A DNA stretch of 64,000 nt from Nitrospirota bacterium (GTDB lineage Bacteria > Nitrospirota > UBA9217). Position numbers and translations under genes: made by a program. How positions within the stretch are numbered: position 1 is the first letter of the stretch; every line of letters begins with the position of its first letter. The stretch covers positions 1-64,000 of the forward strand of contig CAVWHO010000020.1 in assembly GCA_963754875.1 (NCBI GenBank), given 5' to 3'. The notes beneath the pieces were generated by a model. The model made no database searches, was not told where the DNA came from, and was given only the letters and a program-made list of their open reading frames with translations. Below, in pieces: positions 19,345 through 28,677 of the stretch.

Positions 19345-20448
19345 ATGAAAGCAGTCGCACTTACACCGGGAACGAACAAGATCAGACTCGCTGACCTGCC
19401 CGAGCCGGCAATTTTTGCGCCGGACGATGTAAAGGTACGCATTCTTCGCGTTGGCATCTGTGGCACGGACCGTGAGGAAGCATCAGGCGGACGGGCCCTG
19501 GCCCCGCAAGGTCAAAAAGAGCTTGTGATCGGCCACGAGATGTTTGGCCGGGTCGTGGAGACCGGGAAGGCCGTGACCCGGGTGAAACCCGGTGATTATG
19601 CTGTGTTCACGGTGCGCCGTGGATGCGGTGGATGCCTGCCTTGCCTGATGAACCGCTCGGACATGTGTCTTACCGGCAACTATCATGAACGGGGGATCTG
19701 GGGACTGAACGGGTATCAGACAGAATTTGCCGTGGACAAAGAGCAGTACATTGTCCGCGTTCCCGCTGATCTTGAGTCTGTGGGCGTGCTTACTGAACCG
19801 CTCTCGGTTGCAGAAAAGGCAATTGACGAGTCTGTTCGTATCCAAACAGCACGCCTGCCTGAAGCTGCGGCAACGCCTAACTGGCTCTATGGCCGTCGGT
19901 GCCTTGTGGCAGGTCTTGGTCCGATCGGGCTTCTGGCAGCCCTCGCTTTGCGCCTTCGCGGGGCAAAGGTCTACGGACTCGATGTCGTGGACGCAGACAG
20001 CGCTCGGCCGAAGTGGCTCGCTCATATTAACGGCTCGTACGTTGACGGCCGGAAAGTTCCGCCTGACAAGGTCGAGCGCGAATTGGGACAGATGGACTTG
20101 ATCCTCGAGGCAACGGGTGTGGCTACACTTGAGTTCAACCTGCTCGACGCGCTCGGGGAAAACGGCGTCTATGTGCTCACCGGTATTCCGGGCGGCGACC
20201 GGCCACTCCAGCTTGACGGCGCAGAGTTGATCAGAAGGCTCGTGCTCGGGAATCAGGTGATGATAGGCAGCGTGAATGCTGCCCGCGATTATTTCCAGAT
20301 GGCTGTTGACGACCTCGTTCGCGCACGGCTTGCCTGGGGAGACCATGTAATGCGCCTCATTTCTCATCATCGGCCCTATACTGAATTTCAAAATACCTTA
20401 ATGCGCCATGAGGCGGACGAGATCAAGGTTGTGTTGGAATGGAAATGA
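19345..20448 (+). CDS. Zn-dependent (MDR) glucose 1-dehydrogenase, archaeal-like type
   Basis: VGICGTDRE, GHE, VRRGCGGCLPC...C, ERGI.G..G, EPLS..EK, GLGPIG, GSVNA. Confidence 0.88.
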   Translation: MKAVALTPGTNKIRLADLPEPAIFAPDDVKVRILRVGICGTDREEASGGRALAPQGQKELVIGHEMFGRVVETGKAVTRVKPGDYAVFTVRRGCGGCLPCLMNRSDMCLTGNYHERGIWGLNGYQTEFAVDKEQYIVRVPADLESVGVLTEPLSVAEKAIDESVRIQTARLPEAAATPNWLYGRRCLVAGLGPIGLLAALALRLRGAKVYGLDVVDADSARPKWLAHINGSYVDGRKVPPDKVERELGQMDLILEATGVATLEFNLLDALGENGVYVLTGIPGGDRPLQLDGAELIRRLVLGNQVMIGSVNAARDYFQMAVDDLVRARLAWGDHVMRLISHHRPYTEFQNTLMRHEADEIKVVLEWK

Positions 20449-20460
20449 TAAAATCTGTTT

Positions 20461-20535
20461 TCGCGCAAAGACGCTAAGACGCCAAGTAAGGCTAAATCTC
20501 TTATTTTTTTCTTTGCGTCTTTGCGGCTCTGCGCG
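20461..20535. repeat. Short intergenic inverted repeat (CGCAAAGACGC type)
   Basis: CGCGCAAAGACGCTAAGACGCCAAG ... CTTTGCGTCTTTGCGGCTCTGCGCG. Confidence 0.6.
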
Positions 20536-20588
20536 GGGTGCTTTTCCTGTTTTTTGTTCCGGCGTGACCGGTTTTGGAGGATCGATCA

Positions 20589-22991
20589 ATGAGTACACAT
20601 AATTACGCTCCCGGCTGGCCCGGGATTCCGCCACGCTGGACATCCAGCGCAAAGGACGGCGTAGGCACGTCCCTGAACCCTGCGAGCCGCGTCTGGTTCA
20701 CGTTGAGTCACGGCATATTCAACGAGATCTACTATCCCCGGGTGGACCAGGCATGCACCCGCGACATGGGTTTGATCATTACCGACGGCGCGGACTATTT
20801 CTCCGACGAGAAAAGAACTGCGCGGCATAGTATTGCCCAGCTCGCTCCGGGCGTACCCGCCTTTCGGATCGAGAATGTCAGTGAGGACGGCCGATTTCGT
20901 ATCGAGAAGGAAGTTTTGACCGACCCCTTGCGTGAGGTACTGCTGCAGCAGACACGCTTCGTGCCGCTTCAGGGAAAGCTGGAAATGTACCGGGTGTACG
21001 TACTGCTTGCTCCGCACATCGCGAACGCGGGATGGGGAAACACGGGCTGGACAGGAGACTACAAGGGGGTGCCGATGCTTCTTGCCGAACGGGCCGGGAT
21101 AACCCTGGCCCTTGCCTGCTCGGCACCATGGCTCAATCGGTCCGCGGGTTTTGTCGGCACTTCCGACGGGTGGCAGGACCTCGCACAGCATAAACAGATG
21201 ACCTGGACCTATGACCGGGCAGAGAACGGGAATATTGCACTCATTGGAGAGATCGACATTCAATCTGCAAAGGGAGAGTTCACGCTTGCCCTCGGCTTTG
21301 GCAGGAATGCTGCGGAGGCAGGAAACCGTGCTTTGGCGAGCCTGTTCGACGGGTTCGATCGTGCAAAAAAGGATTACATCAGCGAGTGGCAGACGTGGCA
21401 GCAGAAACTTCTTCCACTTGGTAGAGACGGGCAGGGTACACGCGATCTCTACCGGATAAGCACGGCAGTCATGCAGACCCACGAGGCCAAGAACTTTCCA
21501 GGCGGTTTGATCGCGAGCCTCTCCGTGCCATGGGGATTTTCCAAGACCGATGACGATCTGGGCGGCTATCATCTAGCCTGGCCGCGTGATCTTGTAGAAA
21601 CGGCGTCAGGGCTTCTGGCGGCAGGCGCGCATGAAGACGCGAGAAGGGTGCTTCATTATCTTCAATCCACACAGGAACCGGACGGCCATTGGCCCCAGAA
21701 CATGTGGCACGACGGCACTCCTTATTGGGGCGGCATTCAGATGGATGAGACAGCGCTCCCCATCATGCTCGTCGATCTCGCGAGGCGGGAAAAAGCGCTC
21801 GATCAGGGGGAACAGCAGCGGCTGTGGCCCATGGCGAAACGGGCGGCGTCCTTCATCGTCCAAAACGGGCCGGTAACGCAGCAGGACCGGTGGGAGGAGG
21901 ACCCGGGCTACTCTCCCTTCACCCTTGCCGCGGAGATCGCAGCCCTCCTCTGCGCGGCCGATCTGGCAGACCTGAATCGTGAGCCGGAAATTGCCTCTTA
22001 CTTGCGGGAAACGGCGGACTTCTGGAACGACAGCATCGAACAATGGATCTATGTGAAAGGGACGGATCTTGCGAAAAAGACGGGAGTGGAAGGCTACTAT
22101 GTGCGGATCGCTCCTCCTGAGGTCTCCGACGCATCGTCACCGGCTTCCGGCTTTGTGACGATCAAGAACCGGCCGCCGGGCCAGAGCAATCTGCCCGCTT
22201 CGGAGATCGTGAGCCCCGATGCCCTTGCGCTCGTTCGCTTCGGGCTCCGCTCAGCAGATGATCCCAGGATCCTGAACACCGTCAGGGTCGTCGATTCCCT
22301 GCTCAAAGCAGACATGCCTTATGGCCCTCTTTGGCACCGGTATAATGACGACGGGTACGGCGAGCATGCCGATGGTTCTCCTTTTGACGGGACCGGCATC
22401 GGAAGGGCATGGCCCCTGATCGCGGGCGAGCGGGCGCACTATGAGCTTGCCGCAGGCAGGAAAAGCGAGGCGGAAAGGCTTCTTCGTGTATTGGCATCCA
22501 CGGCGAATGCGGGAGGTCTCATCCCCGAGCAGGTCTGGGACGCAGGAGACATTCCCGGAAGGGAACTCTTTTTCGGCAGGCCATCAGGCTCGGCCATGCC
22601 GCTCGTGTGGGCACACGCGGAATATGTGACGCTGCTCCGCTCCCTCCGCGATAACAAGGTCTTCGGCATGCCTCCCCAGACCGTGCAGCGATACCAGGTC
22701 GAGAAGAGAGGTCCTCTCCACTCCCTCTGGCGTTATAACCACAAGATCCGCAGCATAAAAGCGGGCAGGACATTTCGCATCGAAGTGCTGCAGCCGGCCG
22801 CGGTCCACTGGAGTGCGGACTATTGGCGGACGGCAAAGGATATCCGGACGCGTGATACCGGACTCGGCGTTCATGTAGCGGACCTCCCTTCGAGCGACCT
22901 TCCCGCTGGCGGCATGATCTTCTTCACGATCTACTGGCCTGCTCAGGATAGATGGGAAGGCGTCGACTATATGGTCGGCATATCGACGTAA
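20589..22991 (+). CDS. GH15 glucoamylase/glucodextranase
   Basis: APGWPGIPPRWTSSAKDGVGT, ASLSVPWG, GGYHLAWPRD, QMDET, DRWEE, SAMPLVWAHAEY; no signal peptide. Confidence 0.93.
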   Translation: MSTHNYAPGWPGIPPRWTSSAKDGVGTSLNPASRVWFTLSHGIFNEIYYPRVDQACTRDMGLIITDGADYFSDEKRTARHSIAQLAPGVPAFRIENVSEDGRFRIEKEVLTDPLREVLLQQTRFVPLQGKLEMYRVYVLLAPHIANAGWGNTGWTGDYKGVPMLLAERAGITLALACSAPWLNRSAGFVGTSDGWQDLAQHKQMTWTYDRAENGNIALIGEIDIQSAKGEFTLALGFGRNAAEAGNRALASLFDGFDRAKKDYISEWQTWQQKLLPLGRDGQGTRDLYRISTAVMQTHEAKNFPGGLIASLSVPWGFSKTDDDLGGYHLAWPRDLVETASGLLAAGAHEDARRVLHYLQSTQEPDGHWPQNMWHDGTPYWGGIQMDETALPIMLVDLARREKALDQGEQQRLWPMAKRAASFIVQNGPVTQQDRWEEDPGYSPFTLAAEIAALLCAADLADLNREPEIASYLRETADFWNDSIEQWIYVKGTDLAKKTGVEGYYVRIAPPEVSDASSPASGFVTIKNRPPGQSNLPASEIVSPDALALVRFGLRSADDPRILNTVRVVDSLLKADMPYGPLWHRYNDDGYGEHADGSPFDGTGIGRAWPLIAGERAHYELAAGRKSEAERLLRVLASTANAGGLIPEQVWDAGDIPGRELFFGRPSGSAMPLVWAHAEYVTLLRSLRDNKVFGMPPQTVQRYQVEKRGPLHSLWRYNHKIRSIKAGRTFRIEVLQPAAVHWSADYWRTAKDIRTRDTGLGVHVADLPSSDLPAGGMIFFTIYWPAQDRWEGVDYMVGIST

Positions 22992-23056
22992 CAGGGATGT
23001 TTTTATCAGGACTGACGAAAGAGTCATTTTTTACGCAGTAGGGGAAGAAAAATACG

Positions 23057-23141
23057 CGAAGTCGCAAAGAGCGCAAGGACGTCAAAACAAGTCGGAGCTT
23101 TGCTTTAGTGCAATACCCGCAAGATTCACTTCGCGACTTCG
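23057..23141. repeat. Short intergenic inverted repeat
   Basis: CGAAGTCGCAAAG ... CTTCGCGACTTCG. Confidence 0.45.
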
Positions 23142-23259
23142 TTTAGGGCCGCGCTGTGGCAACAGCTTATGCCCGCGCTATGACAACAGCAGGGTAAGGC
23201 TACGTCCGGGCGGTTCCAAAGGCTTTGGCTCCGGCTTGTCCGGGTAAGGACGGATTAAT

Positions 23260-24534
23260 ATGGAAAAAAAATACCGATTCGCAAATGCAAAAGGTTTTAC
23301 TTACTGGCTTCTTCCGCTCATCATGGGAATATTTATAGGGGCCCTTCTGCATAGCTCTATTCTGCCTGATCCTTATCCGTCAACGTCAATCCCGAAGAAA
23401 GCTGCCCCCGACTTTAGCTTGATAGCGGAAGCATGGAACGCGATCAACAGTTATTATGTGGACCGGCCCAGCATTCAGCCGCGCACTATGACGTACGGCG
23501 CCATTTCCGGCATGGTTGATTCCCTGGGAGACACGGGGCATAGCGGTTTCCTCACCCCGGAGATGGTCACGGAGGAGAAGACCATTGAGGTCGGGCGGTT
23601 TGCAGGCATCGGGGCAGAAATCCAGATGAAAAAAGACCGGGTGACCATTGTGGCTCCGATGGACGGATCACCGGCGCAGAAGGCGGGTATCCGCCCCGGG
23701 GACATTATTGTCGAGGTCGACAACGCGAACACCGCCGGCCTCTCCTTGCAAGAGGTGGTGAGCAAAATCATGGGTCCTGCCGGGACCCGCGTGACGCTCA
23801 CGCTCGAGGACCCGTCCACGGGCGGGAAAAGGACCGTCACCATCAAGCGGGCGAACATCGCTCTTCAAAGCGTCACGTGGCGTATGCTGCCTGACCTGCG
23901 TATCGCGCATGTTCGGATAGCACTCTTCAGCAAAGGCACTTCGCAGGCTCTTGAAAAAGCGCTTGCTGTAATTGAGCAGCAAGGGGCAAAAGGCGCGATC
24001 CTCGACCTCCGGAACGATCCGGGCGGGCTCCTTGACACGGCAATCGGCGTGGCGGGCCGGTTTCTTGAAAGCGGGACGGTGCTGCAGGAAAAGAACGCAA
24101 AGGGCAAGATGCAGGCCGTTCCCGTTGAAACAGGCGGAAGGAAGTGCGGCCTCCCCCTCGTTGTCCTGATCAACAGAGGGACCGCCAGCGCCTCGGAGAT
24201 CGTTGCCGGCGCGCTTCAGGACGCGAAGCGCGCAATCATCGTCGGTGAGACGACCTTCGGAACCGGGACGGTCCTGAACATCGTGCCCCTCTCGGACGGG
24301 TCGGCGCTGCAGCTTGCCGTCATGGAATGGCTTACGCCGAATGGCCGCACCATCTGGCACAAGGGCATCGCACCCGATGTTACGGTCTCTCTCCCGGCGG
24401 ACATCTCGCCGCTGTTGCCGGAGGCGGAGTTGGGCATGACTCTTGCGCAGCTCCGGTCAAACAAGGACCTGCAGCTCCTACGCGCGATCGAGATCCTTAA
24501 AATCAAAGGAGACGTCATTCCATCAGGGCGTTAA
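23260..24534 (+). CDS. ctpA: S41 family C-terminal processing protease with PDZ domain
   Basis: FAGIGA PDZ loop, LDLRNDPGG, TASASEIVAGALQD, TFGTGTV (Thr where Lys is usual). Confidence 0.9.
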   Translation: MEKKYRFANAKGFTYWLLPLIMGIFIGALLHSSILPDPYPSTSIPKKAAPDFSLIAEAWNAINSYYVDRPSIQPRTMTYGAISGMVDSLGDTGHSGFLTPEMVTEEKTIEVGRFAGIGAEIQMKKDRVTIVAPMDGSPAQKAGIRPGDIIVEVDNANTAGLSLQEVVSKIMGPAGTRVTLTLEDPSTGGKRTVTIKRANIALQSVTWRMLPDLRIAHVRIALFSKGTSQALEKALAVIEQQGAKGAILDLRNDPGGLLDTAIGVAGRFLESGTVLQEKNAKGKMQAVPVETGGRKCGLPLVVLINRGTASASEIVAGALQDAKRAIIVGETTFGTGTVLNIVPLSDGSALQLAVMEWLTPNGRTIWHKGIAPDVTVSLPADISPLLPEAELGMTLAQLRSNKDLQLLRAIEILKIKGDVIPSGR

Positions 24535-24608
24535 GAAGAATTGGACATGAGGGGCAAGAACTGGCATTGCCCAATTGATTTCCGTGGTTACAAGCCCATG
24601 TGTCCTTC

Positions 24609-26273
24609 CTATCTGCAAAAATGAAGCAACAGCATTATAACAGCCGTGAGAAGGACGATGATAACGACCCGTGGAACGAACTTGCTGCTGTTTCCTTTCT
24701 TTTTTGGAGAGACGGCCTGCTGCTGATACTGATGGGTGCTGGAAGACGGAGGGGTTGATTTGAATGCACGTCTTTGCATCTGGAGAAAGATAACCTTGTT
24801 GTTGGAAATGGGGCCTCCCGTAACGGTAACTGTCTGACCAGTTCCTCCCGGCCCCATGTTTTGAATTATTTCTGTATTTTTTACTGACTGTACAGATGGT
24901 TTTGCGGTTGATGATTTACCTTCGCCGGACGAGTTCAGTCTATATTTAGCTTCCTTCTCATCAATTATGTAAAGTTGACTGCTCTCTGCCAGGGTGATTG
25001 ATAGATTAGTATATCTGCGTTTATTCTTATCTTTGCCCACATTCCCCGTATAGGGCGGGTCCATCAAGCCGACGACTCTCACCCATTTCCCAACCCAGGA
25101 TCCAGATGGGCGTATTTTCATTTTCTCCAAGACATCCGACCAAATAGTAATTTTGAGGCTTTCTTTTTTCCAGTCATCGAAATTAACAAAAAAGTACGGT
25201 TTGTCGAATTTGGTTTTGCCTTCTTTGATCGCAAATACCCGGCCGATTAGTTCGACACGGTCGCCGACGTGTTGCAGGCACAAAGAATAATTTCCGGCAT
25301 CGAGAATCGGATACTGAGAAATATATGCTTGAGCAGCTCCTTCCGCCGGAATTGAGGAAATCGATATTGCTTTCCGCGGGATGTTCTTCCCTCGTATGAA
25401 GTCATCGAGGCTTGGTACGCTTTCATAGGGGGACTCACAGACAGCGGCGAAGTTCTGGACAGGCTTCTTGAGTGCCGGTTTTGAAAAGAGCGCTGAGAAG
25501 ATCGCAGAACCGGCAGGCATGGCATAGTCGTTTGCTTTAAATAATATCGATTCCCCGTCCGGTTGGGATTTCGCCCAGAGGTTCTTATCATTTTCGAGGG
25601 CGTGCAGGGCCAGATAAATGCTGATCAAAGAAAATCTGTCCAGATATTTGTCGAATTGGGATGACCGCCTGGGATGTTGAAAGTTCTTATGCCCGCATTC
25701 CGAATTCCCAAGGTCCTTGATTTCGTCGACAAACATTCCATCATAGTCCAGGAGCCGAAGTTGCAGTCCTGAATTACTTATCAGGACATTGCCGCTTTGT
25801 ATGTCTCCGTGTGCTATTTCCTTGCTGCGCAAAAAAGAAGATAGAGACAGGAATGATTTTTTCAGGTTTTGAATTGCTTTTTTTTGGTGGAAATTATTTT
25901 CTATGAATATGCCGAGTTCTTCCCCGGTCCCCCAGTTCATTTTGACAACAGGGAAATAATCGTTATTGAGCCTCACTCCTTTCGGTTGGAACTCAAAATC
26001 CAGGAAATAATCGCTCGACAAGGCATGCAGCTTCTTCGAGATGGCATTGTATCTTAGCTCAAGGGCATTTGACCTTTTGTGGAAACATCTCACCGCGTAT
26101 TTTTTATTGCCGCAACTAAGCGTATAGGTAAGCGCGAACCCCCCGCATAATGCAAGCGGCAATCCCAAGCCGTTTTTCTTAACGACCCCGGTTTTTAGCT
26201 CTTGATCGAGTAATGCGAGGCCAGGACTTTGTAAGGCCTCGTCATACTGTTGAAAGGTGGGATAATAAGACAT
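24609..26273 (-). CDS. TerY-P kinase: Ser/Thr kinase-like domain + OB-fold-like domain + C-terminal TM
   Basis: GGFALTY, AVRCF, HGDIQSGN, LLDYDG, GHKNFQHP, DRFS; beta-rich VELIGRV...FVNFDDW...WVGKWVRVVG segment. Confidence 0.85.
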   Translation of the reverse strand: MSYYPTFQQYDEALQSPGLALLDQELKTGVVKKNGLGLPLALCGGFALTYTLSCGNKKYAVRCFHKRSNALELRYNAISKKLHALSSDYFLDFEFQPKGVRLNNDYFPVVKMNWGTGEELGIFIENNFHQKKAIQNLKKSFLSLSSFLRSKEIAHGDIQSGNVLISNSGLQLRLLDYDGMFVDEIKDLGNSECGHKNFQHPRRSSQFDKYLDRFSLISIYLALHALENDKNLWAKSQPDGESILFKANDYAMPAGSAIFSALFSKPALKKPVQNFAAVCESPYESVPSLDDFIRGKNIPRKAISISSIPAEGAAQAYISQYPILDAGNYSLCLQHVGDRVELIGRVFAIKEGKTKFDKPYFFVNFDDWKKESLKITIWSDVLEKMKIRPSGSWVGKWVRVVGLMDPPYTGNVGKDKNKRRYTNLSITLAESSQLYIIDEKEAKYRLNSSGEGKSSTAKPSVQSVKNTEIIQNMGPGGTGQTVTVTGGPISNNKVIFLQMQRRAFKSTPPSSSTHQYQQQAVSPKKKGNSSKFVPRVVIIVLLTAVIMLLLHFCR

Positions 26274-26278
26274 TGCGT

Positions 26279-26998
26279 CTATCCGTTCATATTTATAACG
26301 ATGAGCGTTGTATCGTCAGTCCTGATAGATTTCTCCTTCCGTAACGCAGCAACAAACTCCTGCATTTCTGCCTCGCGACGAAAGGATAATAAAGACTCCA
26401 AAGCAGTTGTGTCTGATGGATACGTTTTGAGAAACCATTGCCCAAGGGCATCTGTCATGCACAGCACAAGCGGATTAGTGAGAGGCTGAAGATTCCAGGT
26501 AACTGAATGAGTCAAGAGGAAGTCTTGCTGTTTGATAAAATCGTTAAGAAAATGATTTGTAGAAAGCAGTGTGGGGTTTTGATCGAAATCTTCGAATGAA
26601 GTGTAGGGATACGATTTATCGAGGTTTCCGTTGCTGATCAATACCGCAAGGCTATCGCCAATTGCAAGAACTTCGACAGAGTTAGATTCCTGATGGAATT
26701 TAATTCCGAGAAGAGTCGCAAAACTCCCCCTGTCAAAAGAGGCTTGTTTTGCCCATGAGAGTTCCTCCCGATTGTGCAAGCTTGAATATTCGTTAATTGC
26801 TCCGACGAGCCACGATTCCCTGAATTGAGATAAATTAACAAACCTGCGTACGAGGATCTGTGCCCAATTCTTCGCATCGAATGACTCGGAGGCTCCGTCG
26901 CTGATGGCAACAAAATTGTCTTCTATTAAATATGCGTCCTCATTGTTATCAGGATATTCAAGCTCTTTCGGGACAAAACCTTTAAAAACTATTTGCAT
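26279..26998 (-). CDS. TerY-P PP2C-like phosphatase
   Basis: NNEDA, ISDGASES, IGDS, MTDAL, DDTT acidic motifs. Confidence 0.85.
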   Translation of the reverse strand: MQIVFKGFVPKELEYPDNNEDAYLIEDNFVAISDGASESFDAKNWAQILVRRFVNLSQFRESWLVGAINEYSSLHNREELSWAKQASFDRGSFATLLGIKFHQESNSVEVLAIGDSLAVLISNGNLDKSYPYTSFEDFDQNPTLLSTNHFLNDFIKQQDFLLTHSVTWNLQPLTNPLVLCMTDALGQWFLKTYPSDTTALESLLSFRREAEMQEFVAALRKEKSIRTDDTTLIVINMNG

Positions 26999-27011
26999 GT
27001 TGTGAAAAACC

Positions 27012-27857
27012 CTATCGCTGCGCCTGTAGTTGTAATGCCCGTGTGCCTATATCGAAAAAATCAACGATCTCCGCCGGTTCAGCGTTAAAAATAAAGCCTC
27101 GTGATGCGAAGCTGACAGGAACACCCTTATTATGAGCATAGTCGATTAGGTGCTTGGGCAATTGACTGGACATGCGGAAAAGAAGTTTGGCATATTGATC
27201 AACCAGGTTGCTTTCAGAAGCTGTGAATTTTGATCGTTCTGACCCTAATGTGCTTATATGCAGATTGAACATCAAAACAGCTCCATCGCTTGTGGATATT
27301 TGACAGAGCTGATTAGCCAGAGCTTCCGGGTCGCCGTCAGTTGATTCACCATCGGTAACATGTAAGACAGTAGGAGGGTAGCTGTTCGGATGAGAATCGC
27401 ACCACTGAACCAGCTCTTTTGCCGCAGTCCGGATTGCCCGACACATTGGTGTTGATCCGGAAGCTTGCGGTTTAAACCATACGGGGAATTTGATTTTTTG
27501 CTCGATAATGCCTCCCGCTCCATCATCGATCTTCTTCATCCGTTCTTCTATCATTACCGGGCACGACTCGATATTTGATATCGGATGAAGAATTGTGCCG
27601 TCCAGCGTTCCGCTGAAACCATTATACGAAGAATCTCCGCCATAACCGATAACGCCGATATCAAAATAATTTCTTACGCCATCTGACTTTGTGCATCTCG
27701 TAATCAAAGTAAAGAGCGTTTTATTTAAGACATCAGCCACAACTTGCGATTTTGACCTTCCGCCGCCGGGAAATTTATCCTCCATTGAACCTGATTGGTC
27801 TACTAAAAACAGAAAGCAAGTCGGCTGATTTCTGCTGATCTCGGCTGAGTACGGCAT
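27012..27857 (-). CDS. TerY-like vWA domain protein
   Basis: MIDAS DQSGS, GSTPM, VTDGE; first gene of vWA-PP2C-kinase triad. Confidence 0.88.
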   Translation of the reverse strand: MPYSAEISRNQPTCFLFLVDQSGSMEDKFPGGGRSKSQVVADVLNKTLFTLITRCTKSDGVRNYFDIGVIGYGGDSSYNGFSGTLDGTILHPISNIESCPVMIEERMKKIDDGAGGIIEQKIKFPVWFKPQASGSTPMCRAIRTAAKELVQWCDSHPNSYPPTVLHVTDGESTDGDPEALANQLCQISTSDGAVLMFNLHISTLGSERSKFTASESNLVDQYAKLLFRMSSQLPKHLIDYAHNKGVPVSFASRGFIFNAEPAEIVDFFDIGTRALQLQAQR

Positions 27858-27905
27858 AGAGCTCTCCTACTTTAATTTATAAGCAAAACTTCGCGGAATG
27901 GCGTC

Positions 27906-27934
27906 AGTTTAAGTAATATTTCTTCACAAGTCAA
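27906..27934 (-). promoter_or_regulatory. sigma70-like promoter of the TerY-P operon
   Basis: Minus strand TTGACT-17 bp-TAAACT about 50 bp upstream of the ATG. Confidence 0.6.
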
Positions 27935-28677
27935 GCTGTTCTGGAAAAATACTCATTGCAGGGAAGGGTTGTAGAGGGTCGAGATGCTTGCAGTTGGGTG
28001 AGGTGGTTGACCGTGACCTGCCCATTCTGCTTTCAGTACCCGGAGCCATATAGCATGTCACCTGCCGGAGGAATGATCGAACAGACATCTTGCCGGTCGA
28101 TGAAAATCGGGAGCGTTTTGGGGTCGCGGATTTAAGAGGCAGCCTTCAAATGAGTGCCCGCTGATTTCCTGAGCAGCATCACCTGCCCTATGAAATTTAG
28201 AAAGCAGTAACGCCCACGTTAACGAGTAGGGAATCCCGATACGTCCCCCAGCGTACCTACAGCAGGTTATATGTGACACCCAAAATGCAGTTGCGTTTAT
28301 TGTGGGCTCTCGATTTTAGCAATTGCGAAGAAGAGGGGAGTTCATGATAACAACAAATGAGCATGCGTCAGAAAAAGAGTCCTGTCAACGGGGTGACAAC
28401 TCCGAAGATAAAACAACGGCGAAAGGATGAATGAAGCTTCTCTTGACATTTATATTTAAATGGGGCATATATTCGTGGTACCTTTTCTTTCGGCGTGTCC
28501 ACTCTTCGCTCTTTGCATGATGAGGGAACCCGCGTAAAAACATGATTATGCGTGATTGAAGGTAACCACATGAGAGAGCGTAAGGCGGACTTGCAGAAAA
28601 CCATAATGGAAGACCTCCTCGACGAACATGTATCCGAGGTCGTTCAGTGCCGGAGTCTGGACAGACGGGTGAAGTGA

